Positions 26,127-35,559 of a stretch of DNA of 64,000 nt are shown here, in pieces. The notes beneath the pieces are model-generated. The model saw only the letters and a list, made by a program, of their open reading frames with translations, was not told where the DNA came from and searched no databases. Both the position numbers and the translations under genes were made by a program. Source of the DNA: Deltaproteobacteria bacterium RIFCSPHIGHO2_01_FULL_43_49. Lineage in GTDB: Bacteria > UBA10199 > SPLOWO2-01-44-7. Each line of letters begins with the position of its first letter. Position 1 is the first letter of the stretch. The stretch is taken from NCBI GenBank assembly GCA_001798075.1, contig MGRG01000005.1, forward strand, positions 1,148-65,147. Reading direction: 5' to 3'.

Positions 26127-27736
26127 TATTTTCCTCGTTTCTGGGCTGCAAGGTAACTGGCCAAGTTTTCAATATCTTGAGTTTCAAGGATTGATCCAAA
26201 TTCCGGCATGGCGGCATCCGGGTTTAACAATTGAGGATTTTGAATATAGGCCCGAATCCATTCGGCTACCCTGAAGTTTCCGATGCCACTCAAGTCGGGA
26301 CCCACGTCGCCACCCTCTCCTTTCAACCGATGACAGGTTTGACAATTCTCCTGGTATATTTTTGCAAGTCTTGCCGTGAAAATACCACTCCCCCCAACAT
26401 CCCTCAAGTATGCAATGAGGGCGTAAATCTCTTCATTCAAGAGATTCAACTCCGGCATGGCGGAACCTGGAGTCGCTTCACGAGGCTTACGAAAATGAAC
26501 CTCCAACCATTCATCCGATCTGGAAGAAACGGTCAACGATAAATCGGGCCCAACAGTCCCCCCTTCACCCCGAATCTGGTGACAATAAGAGCAATGCAAA
26601 TCGGCATAAATTTTCTTCCCGTGAAGCACCATCGGATTTTTTTCGATTTGGGGATTCACCAAGGGGGATTTCCATCCCTGATAAGAGAGTAAAAGGATAT
26701 AACCTACCGCAAGAAGACCGGCTGTCATCCAAACGGGTCTTGCAAAGGGGTGTCTTTTTGTCCCTCGATCCAAAAAAGGAAGAAGCAGCAAAAAAAGGAT
26801 CAGGATAGTGGGCAAGACTACCGCGGCGAGATACTCCAAGTTTCCTGGAAAAAGTTTGAGCATTTGAAACAAAAAGAGAAAATACCACTCGGGCCTGGGG
26901 TTATAAGAGGCATCGGTCGGATCTGCGGGATCTTCCAAGTCGGCCCCAAAATAAATGCTTAGGAAAAAAAGAATTCCAATGACTGTCGTAATCATCACTA
27001 AATCTTTAAAAATACTGTGGGGATAAAACGATTTCCCTTTCGCCTTCAGACTTTCGTAATCGGGCGGTTCAGAGCCCGGAGGATGGGGGGGAGCAGAAAT
27101 CCCATGATAAACCACCAAGAAAAGATGGGTACCGATGAGAAGGGCCATAAAGGTTGGCAAAACAAGGACATGAAGGGCATAAAACCTTGTGAGTGTCATC
27201 GCCCCTAATTCCTCACCACCTTTGAATATCTTAGCGATCCAGAGACCCAAAAACGGTGCCTGCTTGGAGATGTTGATCCCGACGGCCGTGGCCCAATAAG
27301 CCTTTTGATCCCAAGGAAGAAGGTATCCTGTAAACCCCAAACCGAAGGCAGCTAGAAGCAAAAAGATACCCACAATCCAAGTTAGCTCCCTTGGAGATTT
27401 GTGCGAACCCATGCAGAAGGTTCGAAGCAGGTGCAAAACCAAAAGGATGATCATTGCGGAGGCGCCCCATTTATGGAGCCCGCGGATCAACCCCCCTAAT
27501 GGAACCTCTGTCATGATGTAGCGAATCGATTCGTAGGCATGATCCGGAGAGGGCGAATAATTCATTCCCAAAAACATTCCGGTCAGGACTTGAAGCAAAA
27601 AGACGGCCAAGGTAGCCGACCCCAATGTGTAAGCCCAAGCCCAACGACCCGGGTTTGGAATTTTTCGATCCAAAAGTGTTTGTTTAACAGAAGACCAACC
27701 CAAACGATTACGAAGCCATTTGAAGGGGGATTCCAT
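26126..27736 (-). CDS. cytochrome b of a bc-type complex fused to a C-terminal dihaem cytochrome c
   Basis: The N-terminal region (GSATLAVFLLQVLTGMFLGMNY...RGLHKWGASAMIILLVLHL...PEWYFLFLFQMLK) matches cytochrome b/b6 plus subunit IV helices. The C-terminus carries CSYCH and CQTCH with the GxGGxVGPDL pattern. Confidence 0.85.
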   Translation of the reverse strand: MESPFKWLRNRLGWSSVKQTLLDRKIPNPGRWAWAYTLGSATLAVFLLQVLTGMFLGMNYSPSPDHAYESIRYIMTEVPLGGLIRGLHKWGASAMIILLVLHLLRTFCMGSHKSPRELTWIVGIFLLLAAFGLGFTGYLLPWDQKAYWATAVGINISKQAPFLGLWIAKIFKGGEELGAMTLTRFYALHVLVLPTFMALLIGTHLFLVVYHGISAPPHPPGSEPPDYESLKAKGKSFYPHSIFKDLVMITTVIGILFFLSIYFGADLEDPADPTDASYNPRPEWYFLFLFQMLKLFPGNLEYLAAVVLPTILILFLLLLPFLDRGTKRHPFARPVWMTAGLLAVGYILLLSYQGWKSPLVNPQIEKNPMVLHGKKIYADLHCSYCHQIRGEGGTVGPDLSLTVSSRSDEWLEVHFRKPREATPGSAMPELNLLNEEIYALIAYLRDVGGSGIFTARLAKIYQENCQTCHRLKGEGGDVGPDLSGIGNFRVAEWIRAYIQNPQLLNPDAAMPEFGSILETQDIENLASYLAAQKRGK

Positions 27737-27739
27737 TTT

Positions 27740-28219
27740 CTAAACCTTTTCTTTTAGTGTGGGGAGCATCCAGAGTTTTCCCGCCTCCACCTTAACATCA
27801 TAACGATCCAAGGGTCTCGGTGGTGGACCAGAGATAACTTGTCCATCAACGTCAAACACAGCAGCATGACAGGGACATAAAAACTTCTCTTTTGCCTCAT
27901 CCCATCGATAAGGACAACCCAAATGGGTGCAGCGAGGATCAAACACCGTGAACTCTTTCCCATCCCTTGTGAGAACCCAAGCAGTGCGTTTTTCCTCAAC
28001 CGTCATCCATCCATCTTTTCTTCTTTGGATGAATTCAATTTTTGTCGGTTTACCGACAGGGATTTTTTTGGTCTCCCCAAGCAAGACCCAATCTTCTATG
28101 TGTTTTTTCCATGCCGGCGACAAAAAGTAGGTTGCAATGGGCGCCAAAAGGGAAATCCCGACCACAGAACCCAAGCCATAAATTGCGAGTTCCAAAAATT
28201 TTCGGCGATCCATTGTCAT
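27740..28219 (-). CDS. Rieske [2Fe-2S] iron-sulfur protein (Tat-exported)
   Basis: The product has a twin-arginine motif RRKFLE and the Rieske boxes CTHLGCP and CPCHAAVF. Confidence 0.85.
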   Translation of the reverse strand: MTMDRRKFLELAIYGLGSVVGISLLAPIATYFLSPAWKKHIEDWVLLGETKKIPVGKPTKIEFIQRRKDGWMTVEEKRTAWVLTRDGKEFTVFDPRCTHLGCPYRWDEAKEKFLCPCHAAVFDVDGQVISGPPPRPLDRYDVKVEAGKLWMLPTLKEKV

Positions 28220-28947
28220 GGTTTACGCAAAGATTCTCTGGCGTTCTTCAATTCTTTGAGCAATTTTTCGGACTCGCTCGACACAAAGACAACATCAAAA
28301 GAGTGCCATTTCCTTTGAATTTCTTGGTAGCGCCTCAAAAATTCTTCAGGGGTCTTCCCTTTGCGCAAGGCCAACTCTTTTTGATAAGAGCCCAAAGATT
28401 CCTTGATGGCACGGATGAGACTCAAGGCTTTGGCGGCCTGTGTCGGTTTTCCATGGCACAAAGAACAGGTCTTATCCAAATCGGAATAGGATAAAATGGT
28501 TGTGGCCATGGCTCCGTGGCAAGTAAGACAGTTGGGCCCCTTGCCCGTGCGCAAAAGCATTTTGTAATGAGCACTCGTTTCAAATTCTTTTAACTCTTCC
28601 GTGTGGCAAGTCCCACAAGTTGCCGGAACATTTTGGAAATAGATTTTCGAATTCTTATCTTTGGAAGACAAGACTCCTTGGTGGGCCTTGACAGGATCTG
28701 GTGTCTCTGCATTTCCCCCGTGACATGCTTCACAACCGACCCCTGATTTAGCGTGGATCGATTTTTCCCAATCCTTATAATTGTGCCCCAGGTACTTGGA
28801 GCCTTGCTGCTTGCGATGGCAATCAACACAAGAGTCATTCTTCGAAATCGCAGTTTGTGAAAAAAAGAAGAGAGAAAAACACAAACAAACTAAAAGGAAG
28901 GGTTTTCTCATTATTTTACAAATAATATATGATGCTTTTTTATTCAA
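28216..28947 (-). CDS. pentahaem cytochrome c (membrane-anchored or secreted)
   Basis: Five CxxCH motifs are present (CVDCH, CEACH, CGTCH, CLTCH, CSLCH) behind an N-terminal hydrophobic segment. The stop overlaps the Rieske start. Confidence 0.75.
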   Translation of the reverse strand: MNKKASYIICKIMRKPFLLVCLCFSLFFFSQTAISKNDSCVDCHRKQQGSKYLGHNYKDWEKSIHAKSGVGCEACHGGNAETPDPVKAHQGVLSSKDKNSKIYFQNVPATCGTCHTEELKEFETSAHYKMLLRTGKGPNCLTCHGAMATTILSYSDLDKTCSLCHGKPTQAAKALSLIRAIKESLGSYQKELALRKGKTPEEFLRRYQEIQRKWHSFDVVFVSSESEKLLKELKNARESLRKP

Positions 28948-29043
28948 GGATGGATTGAAAATGCAACCTGATGCAAATCAGCTTGTTATACGAAGATTTT
29001 ATCGGTTACTTCCCTTTCCGATCAAACACCAAGGAGGACTTTT

Positions 29044-29328
29044 ATGAAAACATTTCTTTCTTTTCTAGTAGTGGGGTTGCTCGGCGCTACCGCTCAAGCA
29101 GCCGGTGCAGATGGCGCAGCCCTTTTCAAGGCCAAGATGTGTGGGGCCTGCCACGCCGAAGGGAAAAAGGGGGGCGATCTCAAAAATTCCACATTGGATA
29201 AGGCGACCATGGTCCAGTTCCTGAAGGATCCCAAGGCCATGAGGCCAAAGACGACCAAGACCCCCGTAAAGGCAACGGATGAAGAATTGAGCGCCTTGGC
29301 CGATTATGTTATCAGTTTACGGAAATAA
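29044..29328 (+). CDS. small monohaem cytochrome c (paralog of 38011-38289)
   Basis: The product has a signal peptide, a single CGACH motif and a C-terminal amphipathic helix, 94 aa in total. A GGAGG Shine-Dalgarno lies upstream. Confidence 0.8.
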   Translation: MKTFLSFLVVGLLGATAQAAGADGAALFKAKMCGACHAEGKKGGDLKNSTLDKATMVQFLKDPKAMRPKTTKTPVKATDEELSALADYVISLRK

Positions 29329-29351
29329 TCGTCCCTTTAAACTATTAAGCT

Positions 29352-32072
29352 ATGGCACTCAGGAAGATCCTTCTTGTTTTTGGGAGTGTCTTGTTGTGGA
29401 CACTTCTCACCGGCGCTAACAAGACAGAGGACTGCCTGACATGCCATGAAGACAAGGCTCAATATAAAGAGTCTGTTCACGGGAAATATACCTGCTTTGA
29501 GTGCCATGCCGATCTGGCCAATGTGGCCCTGCCCCATGAAGCCGTCAAACCGGTTTCCTGTGTCCGCTGCCACACTCAAGTTGCCAATGTCTACCAACAA
29601 AGTTTGCACGGCAAAGCTGTCCAGGCGGGAGAAAAACTGGCACCCAAATGCCAAGACTGCCACGGAAGCCATGACATTAGTCTCGTCCGATCGCCCCATT
29701 CTAAAGTAGCCAAGTTTAACGTCCCCTTTGTGTGTGGTAGGTGTCACAAAGAGGGGAGCGAAGTCACCCAGACCTACGACATCCCCCAAGAAAAAATCCT
29801 GGAACACTATTCGGAAAGTATTCATGGCGAAGGGTTGTTCAAACAGGGATTGACAGTCACCGCTGTTTGCACCGATTGCCATACCGCTCACAACATTCGT
29901 TCCCATACCGATCCCCAATCCTCCATTTTCAGGGACAATGTTCCAAAAACCTGCCAGAAATGCCACGGACTCATCGAACGGGTTCACCGAAAGGTAATCC
30001 GGGGAGAATTGTGGGAAAGGGAACCCAACAAAGTTCCAATTTGTGTCGATTGTCACTCCCCGCACAAGATCCGCAAGGTTTTTTACGAACTCGGGATGGC
30101 GGATCATGACTGCCTGGAGTGTCATAGCAAACTTGATATTTCAACTACGCGTAATGGAAAAACGGTCTCTCTTTTTGTTGACGCAACGCAAGTGAAAGAA
30201 TCCATTCACAACAAGGTGGCTTGTGCCCAGTGTCATACGGGTGTCTCTCCAGTGGAAAAAAGGCCCTGTGCAACGATTACCACCAAGGTCGATTGTTCGA
30301 TTTGCCATGCGGAGCAAGTTCAAACCTATGTAACCAGCAAACATGGCCAACTCAGCTCTGAAGGAGATCCCAACGCCCCTGTTTGTCAGGACTGCCACTC
30401 TCCTCACTCCGCGAAAGGACATCGTGACCCTCAGTCCCCGACGTTTCCCACGAAAATACCTGAACTTTGTGGACAGTGCCACCGAGAAGGCAAGAAAGCA
30501 GCCATCCGTTATACTGGGGAAGAACGTCAGGTTGTGGAACACTATATGGAGAGTATTCACGGCAAAGGGTTGTTAAAAAGCGGCCTGGTCGTGACGGCCA
30601 TGTGCACCAACTGCCATACCGCCCATCATGAACTTCCTGCGAGTGATCCTCAGTCCAGCGTTCACCATGACAATATTGCAAAGACTTGTGCCCAATGTCA
30701 CAACGGAATTTATGAACAGTTTGTGAAAAGTGTTCATAGCCCAACCATCACCAAGACAGACAAAAAACTGCCGGTCTGCAGTGATTGCCACACCGCCCAC
30801 ACCATCAGCCGAACCGATGTAGAAGCTTTTAAACTGGAAATTATCAATCAGTGCGGTCAGTGCCATGAAGCGGTCGCCAAAACCTATTTTGAAACCTTCC
30901 ATGGAAAGGTTTCAAAACTTGGCTACACCACCGTTGCGAAATGTTATGACTGCCATGGGGCCCACGATATTCTCCCCCCATGGGATCCCAAATCGAGGCT
31001 CTCGAGAGCCAACATCGTCAAGACCTGCGGTAAATGTCATGAAGGCTCCCACAGAAGGTTTGCCGGATACCTAACCCACGCCACACACCATGATCCCGAC
31101 AAGTACCCGATTCTTTATTACACCTTTTGGTTTATGTCCTTCCTGCTGATCAGTGTCTTTATCTTTTTTGGTCTGCACACCCTCATGTGGTTGCCAAGAT
31201 CGATTAAGGAAAGGAGGCGACGCAAAAAACTGGGGCTCGAATACTCCGGAAAACATGTCGTTCGTTTTAGCAAGCTGGAGCGAAGACTCCATGCCATGGT
31301 CATTATCAGTTTCTTAGGGCTCGTGATAACGGGAATGACACTTAAGTTTTCTTATGCGGGATGGGCCCAGTGGATTTCCAAAGTTTTGGGTGGGTTTGAG
31401 TCAACCGGTTATATCCACCGCATCTGTGCCATCGTCACCTTCTTTTATTTTAGCGCCCATCTGGTCGACCTCGTTCGAAAAAAGAGGAAACTGAAAAAAA
31501 CCTGGAGAGAGTTTTTATTTGGCCCAGACTCGATGATTCCCATGAAGCGGGATTTGAAGGAGTTTTGGGAAACGATGAAATGGTTCGTCGGCAGAGGATC
31601 CAGGCCTATTTATGGACGTTGGACCTACTGGGAGAAGTTCGACTACTTTGCCGTTTTTTGGGGTGTCGCTATCATTGGCTCGACCGGTTTATTGCTCTGG
31701 TTTCCGGAATTTTTTACCCACTTTTTACCGGGCTGGTTTATCAATGTGGCCACCATTATCCACTCCGATGAGGCCTTGCTGGCCGCCGGCTTTATCTTCA
31801 CCATCCATTTTTTTAACACCCATTTCCGCCCGGAAAAATTTCCAATGGACACGGTGATCTTTACCGGCAGAGTTCCCTTAGAAGAGCTGAAAGAAGATCG
31901 CCCACAAGAATATAAAGAGTTGGTCGAATCGGGTGAATTGGAAAAATTATTAGCTCCCCCTCCAACAAAGTTGTTCGTTCGTCGGGCAAAAATTTTCGGG
32001 GCCATTGCGTTGGCAATTGGACTGACGCTGGTTGTGCTCATCATCCTAGCGGAGGTCTTTGGATATCGTTGA
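29352..32072 (+). CDS. giant multihaem cytochrome c (19 CxxCH) fused to a C-terminal HydC/FdnI-type membrane cytochrome b domain
   Basis: I counted nineteen CxxCH motifs in residues 1-590. The C-terminal ~300 aa have four to five TM helices with the b-type cytochrome signature VRFSKLERRLHAMVIISFLGLVITG (R-x-x-ER-x-x-H...TG) and further conserved His residues in the helices. Confidence 0.8.
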   Translation: MALRKILLVFGSVLLWTLLTGANKTEDCLTCHEDKAQYKESVHGKYTCFECHADLANVALPHEAVKPVSCVRCHTQVANVYQQSLHGKAVQAGEKLAPKCQDCHGSHDISLVRSPHSKVAKFNVPFVCGRCHKEGSEVTQTYDIPQEKILEHYSESIHGEGLFKQGLTVTAVCTDCHTAHNIRSHTDPQSSIFRDNVPKTCQKCHGLIERVHRKVIRGELWEREPNKVPICVDCHSPHKIRKVFYELGMADHDCLECHSKLDISTTRNGKTVSLFVDATQVKESIHNKVACAQCHTGVSPVEKRPCATITTKVDCSICHAEQVQTYVTSKHGQLSSEGDPNAPVCQDCHSPHSAKGHRDPQSPTFPTKIPELCGQCHREGKKAAIRYTGEERQVVEHYMESIHGKGLLKSGLVVTAMCTNCHTAHHELPASDPQSSVHHDNIAKTCAQCHNGIYEQFVKSVHSPTITKTDKKLPVCSDCHTAHTISRTDVEAFKLEIINQCGQCHEAVAKTYFETFHGKVSKLGYTTVAKCYDCHGAHDILPPWDPKSRLSRANIVKTCGKCHEGSHRRFAGYLTHATHHDPDKYPILYYTFWFMSFLLISVFIFFGLHTLMWLPRSIKERRRRKKLGLEYSGKHVVRFSKLERRLHAMVIISFLGLVITGMTLKFSYAGWAQWISKVLGGFESTGYIHRICAIVTFFYFSAHLVDLVRKKRKLKKTWREFLFGPDSMIPMKRDLKEFWETMKWFVGRGSRPIYGRWTYWEKFDYFAVFWGVAIIGSTGLLLWFPEFFTHFLPGWFINVATIIHSDEALLAAGFIFTIHFFNTHFRPEKFPMDTVIFTGRVPLEELKEDRPQEYKELVESGELEKLLAPPPTKLFVRRAKIFGAIALAIGLTLVVLIILAEVFGYR

Positions 32073-33834
32073 TATGAGATTGAGAAACAAAATCTTTTTT
32101 GTGACGGCGTTATCAATTTTTTCTTGTTTCGGTTTTTTTTCTGCTCACGCTAACGTCCACGAAGGTCTTGAATGCAATGCCTGCCACTTAGGTGAGAAGG
32201 CTAAAGAAGGGGGCATGCCGCCGGCCAATTGTGTTTCGTGCCATGAAGAAGTCGGCAACCTTTTAAAAAACTCTCCCCATGGTCAGGCCTTTATGGCGCG
32301 ATTCAAAACGCCTACGGCCAGTTGTCTTGCCTGCCATGGAGATCCTCATGAAATTCTAAGTCATCAAGATCCCAACTCCAAAACATCCCGTGTAAATCAG
32401 CCGGCGACTTGTGGCGCTTGCCATGAACATCCTTCCGAAATACCCCCCCATCTTGCAAAAAGAATGCCCATCAAATCTTATTTTATCACCGTTCATGGAG
32501 AGACTGTCCGAAAGGGAAATTTAAACGCTGCCTCCTGTGCCGATTGCCACGGATCCCATGACATCAGACCCCCGGGAGATCCGGCATCCCGGATTTCCCA
32601 TGGACAAATCGTAACGACTTGCGGTCAGTGCCATCAGGAAGAGGCAAAGACATTCGGATCCAGTGTTCACGGTTTGGCTCTGACCCACGGTATGCGAGAG
32701 GCCCCAACTTGTACTGACTGCCATGGAGAACATACCATTCGTTTTCCAGAAGAGATCGCGTCATCCGTTTGGAAAGGGGCCATTACTAAAACCTGTTCCG
32801 GATGCCACTCTTCAGAAAAAATAGCGGCCAAATTCGGTTTGCCCATTGATCGGGTGCAGACCTTCCTGGATTCCTTTCATGGATTGGCGGGACAGTTTGG
32901 CGATTTGAAGGTAGCCAATTGTGCCTCCTGTCACGGTTGGCATGATGTCCTCCCATCCAGTGATCCAAACTCCCGTATCCATCCGCAAAATATTTCACAG
33001 ACTTGTGGTCAGTGTCACCCTCATGCCGGTGTGGTACTGACTTCCGGAAAAATTCATACGTCACTATCCAAGAAGGGTGAGGGAAGTTCTATTGCTGGCA
33101 TCATACGGTCCATCTATTTAATCTTGATCCCTCTGCTGATTGCAGCCATGTTTCTTCACAACCTTGCCGACTTCTTAAGAAAGGCCCTTGCACGAACCTC
33201 TTCAGTATCCATTCATGAAGATGAAATTTTACTGACCTCTTCCGAACGTCTTCAACATGGAGGGCTTGTCCTTTCCTTTGTGTTATTGGCCTACAGTGGA
33301 TTTGCACTGGAATATGCAAACGCCTGGTGGGCCTTGCCCTTTCAACTCTTAGGGGGAGAAGAGACAAGGCGCAATATTCACCGCGTGGCGGCTTTCATTT
33401 TTATTCTCGTCAGTTTTTTCCATATTTGGTACCTTTTCCTTACGAAAGAGGGACGCACAAGATTTAGAGCGATTCTTCCGGAAAGACGTGACTTGTCGGA
33501 TCCATTCAAGATGATTCTTTTTAACTTGGGGCTGCGTCGGGAACGACCCATATTGAAGCGCTTTTCCTACATTGAGAAAGCGGAGTATTGGGCGCTGGTT
33601 TGGGGCTCCATGATCATGGTTTTGACCGGTGCACTCTTGTTTTTTCACAATTTTGCGCTGACGACGTTTCCTCTATGGGTGATCGAGGTTTCCAGGGTTA
33701 TTCATTTTCTGGAAGCTGTTTTGGCGACTTTGGCCATTGTTGTCTGGCATTTTTATTGGGTCTTGTTTGATCCGGATGTTTATCCCATGAACTGGGCTTG
33801 GTTGACGGGACGAAAAAAACGACCTCCAAAATAA
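32059..33834 (+). CDS. multihaem cytochrome c (10 CxxCH) fused to a HydC/FdnI-type cytochrome b domain; paralog of the previous gene
   Basis: Ten CxxCH motifs precede a C-terminal TM domain (RLQHGGLVLSFVLLAYSGFALEY, HRVAAFIFILVSFFHIWYLF, IHFLEAVLATLAIVVWHFYW). The gene overlaps the upstream gene by 14 nt. Confidence 0.8.
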   Translation: MDIVDMRLRNKIFFVTALSIFSCFGFFSAHANVHEGLECNACHLGEKAKEGGMPPANCVSCHEEVGNLLKNSPHGQAFMARFKTPTASCLACHGDPHEILSHQDPNSKTSRVNQPATCGACHEHPSEIPPHLAKRMPIKSYFITVHGETVRKGNLNAASCADCHGSHDIRPPGDPASRISHGQIVTTCGQCHQEEAKTFGSSVHGLALTHGMREAPTCTDCHGEHTIRFPEEIASSVWKGAITKTCSGCHSSEKIAAKFGLPIDRVQTFLDSFHGLAGQFGDLKVANCASCHGWHDVLPSSDPNSRIHPQNISQTCGQCHPHAGVVLTSGKIHTSLSKKGEGSSIAGIIRSIYLILIPLLIAAMFLHNLADFLRKALARTSSVSIHEDEILLTSSERLQHGGLVLSFVLLAYSGFALEYANAWWALPFQLLGGEETRRNIHRVAAFIFILVSFFHIWYLFLTKEGRTRFRAILPERRDLSDPFKMILFNLGLRRERPILKRFSYIEKAEYWALVWGSMIMVLTGALLFFHNFALTTFPLWVIEVSRVIHFLEAVLATLAIVVWHFYWVLFDPDVYPMNWAWLTGRKKRPPK

Positions 33835-35552
33835 ACTTGAAACCAGTTGAGAAAAAAATTTCTTGGTGGCGAAGAGCTCTTTATATAATAGGGGTAGACA
33901 CGACTGGCCCAAGTCGTTGGCATGTCCAGCTAAAACCCAGATTTTTTGCCATTCAAGTTTCGATCTTGGGAGTGGTCTTGCTCGCCTTACTCGGGGTCGC
34001 CAAATATTCGGAGAGTCCTTCGTTTTGCAACTCCTGTCATATCATGGAGCCTTACTATAACGCCTGGAAAACCTCGAAACACAACTTCGTGGCCTGTGTC
34101 GAATGTCACTACCCACCAGGCTCCCCTCAGACCGTTCTTTGGAAAAAATTCCAGGCCCTCTCCCAGGTGGTCAAATATGTGACGAGAACTTATTCTTCCA
34201 AACCCTTTGCCGAGATTGAAGATGCCTCTTGCCTTCGCTCGGGTTGTCACTCAACGAGACTTCTTCAAGGAAAAGTGGTTTCTGAGAGGGGAATTAAGTT
34301 TGATCACACTGCTCATATCACAGAGATAAGGCGCGGCAGACAATTGAGATGTGTTTCTTGCCATTCTCAGATTGTGGTCGGAAAACATGTCGAGGTGACT
34401 TATGACACATGTTATCTCTGCCATTTCAAAGGGCGTGGAAAAGGGAGAGACTTTCAACCACTAGGTGGTTGTTTGGGTTGCCACGATCTTCCGACAAAGA
34501 CGTTCCAAATTGGAAATATGGCCTACAATCATAAAGATTTTGTAACGAAGCAAGGGATTGCCTGTCAGAATTGTCATCTGGATGTGGTTTGGGGTGAGGG
34601 CGATGCCTTGCAAGATCGTTGTTTTACTTGCCACAATCAACCTGAGAAATTGGCCCGTTACAATGATATCCCTTTTATTCACGAAAACCATGTCACCAAA
34701 CACAATGTTGCCTGCTTTCATTGTCACCAGGAAATCCGTCATGTAATCGGCGAGGAACCTCTTGGGTCATCCAAGTTGCCCAACTTGAATGCCACTCCCC
34801 CACCCAGCCCGCCCGTTTCTGAAACGCCTGGACCCCATCCCACACTAGCCTTTGATTGTTCTTTCTGCCACCAAGGTAAACATCTAGGCCAACTCGAGAT
34901 GTATTCCGGAAAAGTGGGATCGCTGGGGCTCCCAGAAATTCCAAGCCCCATGTATGTTGCCAATGTTGATTGCATCGGTTGTCATTATCAAGAAATGATT
35001 TTGGACCAAAAAGAAAAGGAATTTCGTGGCACAACATTCAAAGCTTCGGAAGAAGCCTGTATCAAATGCCATGGAGAAAAGTTTAAGGGAATCTGGGAAG
35101 AGACTAAATTAGAGTTACAAATGACACTTTCAAAGATCGAAGAAAAACTAAAGATGGTTCAGAGGGGGGTAAAAACAGAGCAAATCAATCAGGTTGAACG
35201 CTGGATTCACTTTATTCATGCCGCCAAGGGAGAGCATAATATTTATTTGACCTCTTTTATCTTGCGTCAGGCGGATCAAATTCTCTCTGAAGCCCTAGAA
35301 AAGCTCAAAGTAAAAGCCCCTGATCTTTCATCACTTCCCCTTTTGTCGGGTGGTTTTTGTGCAACCATGTGCCATTCAAAAATGGGGGTTCAAGTTCCGC
35401 CGGAAACGGTTCAGGCCTTTGGAAAAACGATGCCCCACAAAATGCACACCGAAACGATGAGCTGTGTGACCTGTCATGATCTGGGTGGCCATAAAGAAGT
35501 CCCATTAAAAAAGGAGATCAAACCCTTCTGCGAAGGCTGTCATGCCCTATAA
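33798..35552 (+). CDS. NapC/NirT/NrfH-family membrane-anchored multihaem cytochrome c (~15 haems)
   Basis: An N-terminal TM helix is followed by CNSCHIM...CVECH, the NapC/NrfH start with a Met ligand. There are thirteen canonical CxxCH motifs plus CLRSGCH (CX4CH) and CATMCH (CX3CH). Confidence 0.7.
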   Translation: MVDGTKKTTSKINLKPVEKKISWWRRALYIIGVDTTGPSRWHVQLKPRFFAIQVSILGVVLLALLGVAKYSESPSFCNSCHIMEPYYNAWKTSKHNFVACVECHYPPGSPQTVLWKKFQALSQVVKYVTRTYSSKPFAEIEDASCLRSGCHSTRLLQGKVVSERGIKFDHTAHITEIRRGRQLRCVSCHSQIVVGKHVEVTYDTCYLCHFKGRGKGRDFQPLGGCLGCHDLPTKTFQIGNMAYNHKDFVTKQGIACQNCHLDVVWGEGDALQDRCFTCHNQPEKLARYNDIPFIHENHVTKHNVACFHCHQEIRHVIGEEPLGSSKLPNLNATPPPSPPVSETPGPHPTLAFDCSFCHQGKHLGQLEMYSGKVGSLGLPEIPSPMYVANVDCIGCHYQEMILDQKEKEFRGTTFKASEEACIKCHGEKFKGIWEETKLELQMTLSKIEEKLKMVQRGVKTEQINQVERWIHFIHAAKGEHNIYLTSFILRQADQILSEALEKLKVKAPDLSSLPLLSGGFCATMCHSKMGVQVPPETVQAFGKTMPHKMHTETMSCVTCHDLGGHKEVPLKKEIKPFCEGCHAL

Positions 35553-35559
35553 GTTTTCC

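Noticed and set aside
29352-32072. Possibility that the 19-haem/cytochrome-b fusion is an assembly chimera of two genes
   Set aside because: The same c-type-then-b-type architecture is repeated independently in the next gene (32059-33834). The reading frame is continuous with no stop or frameshift. The fusion therefore looks genuine, though read-level confirmation would still be prudent.
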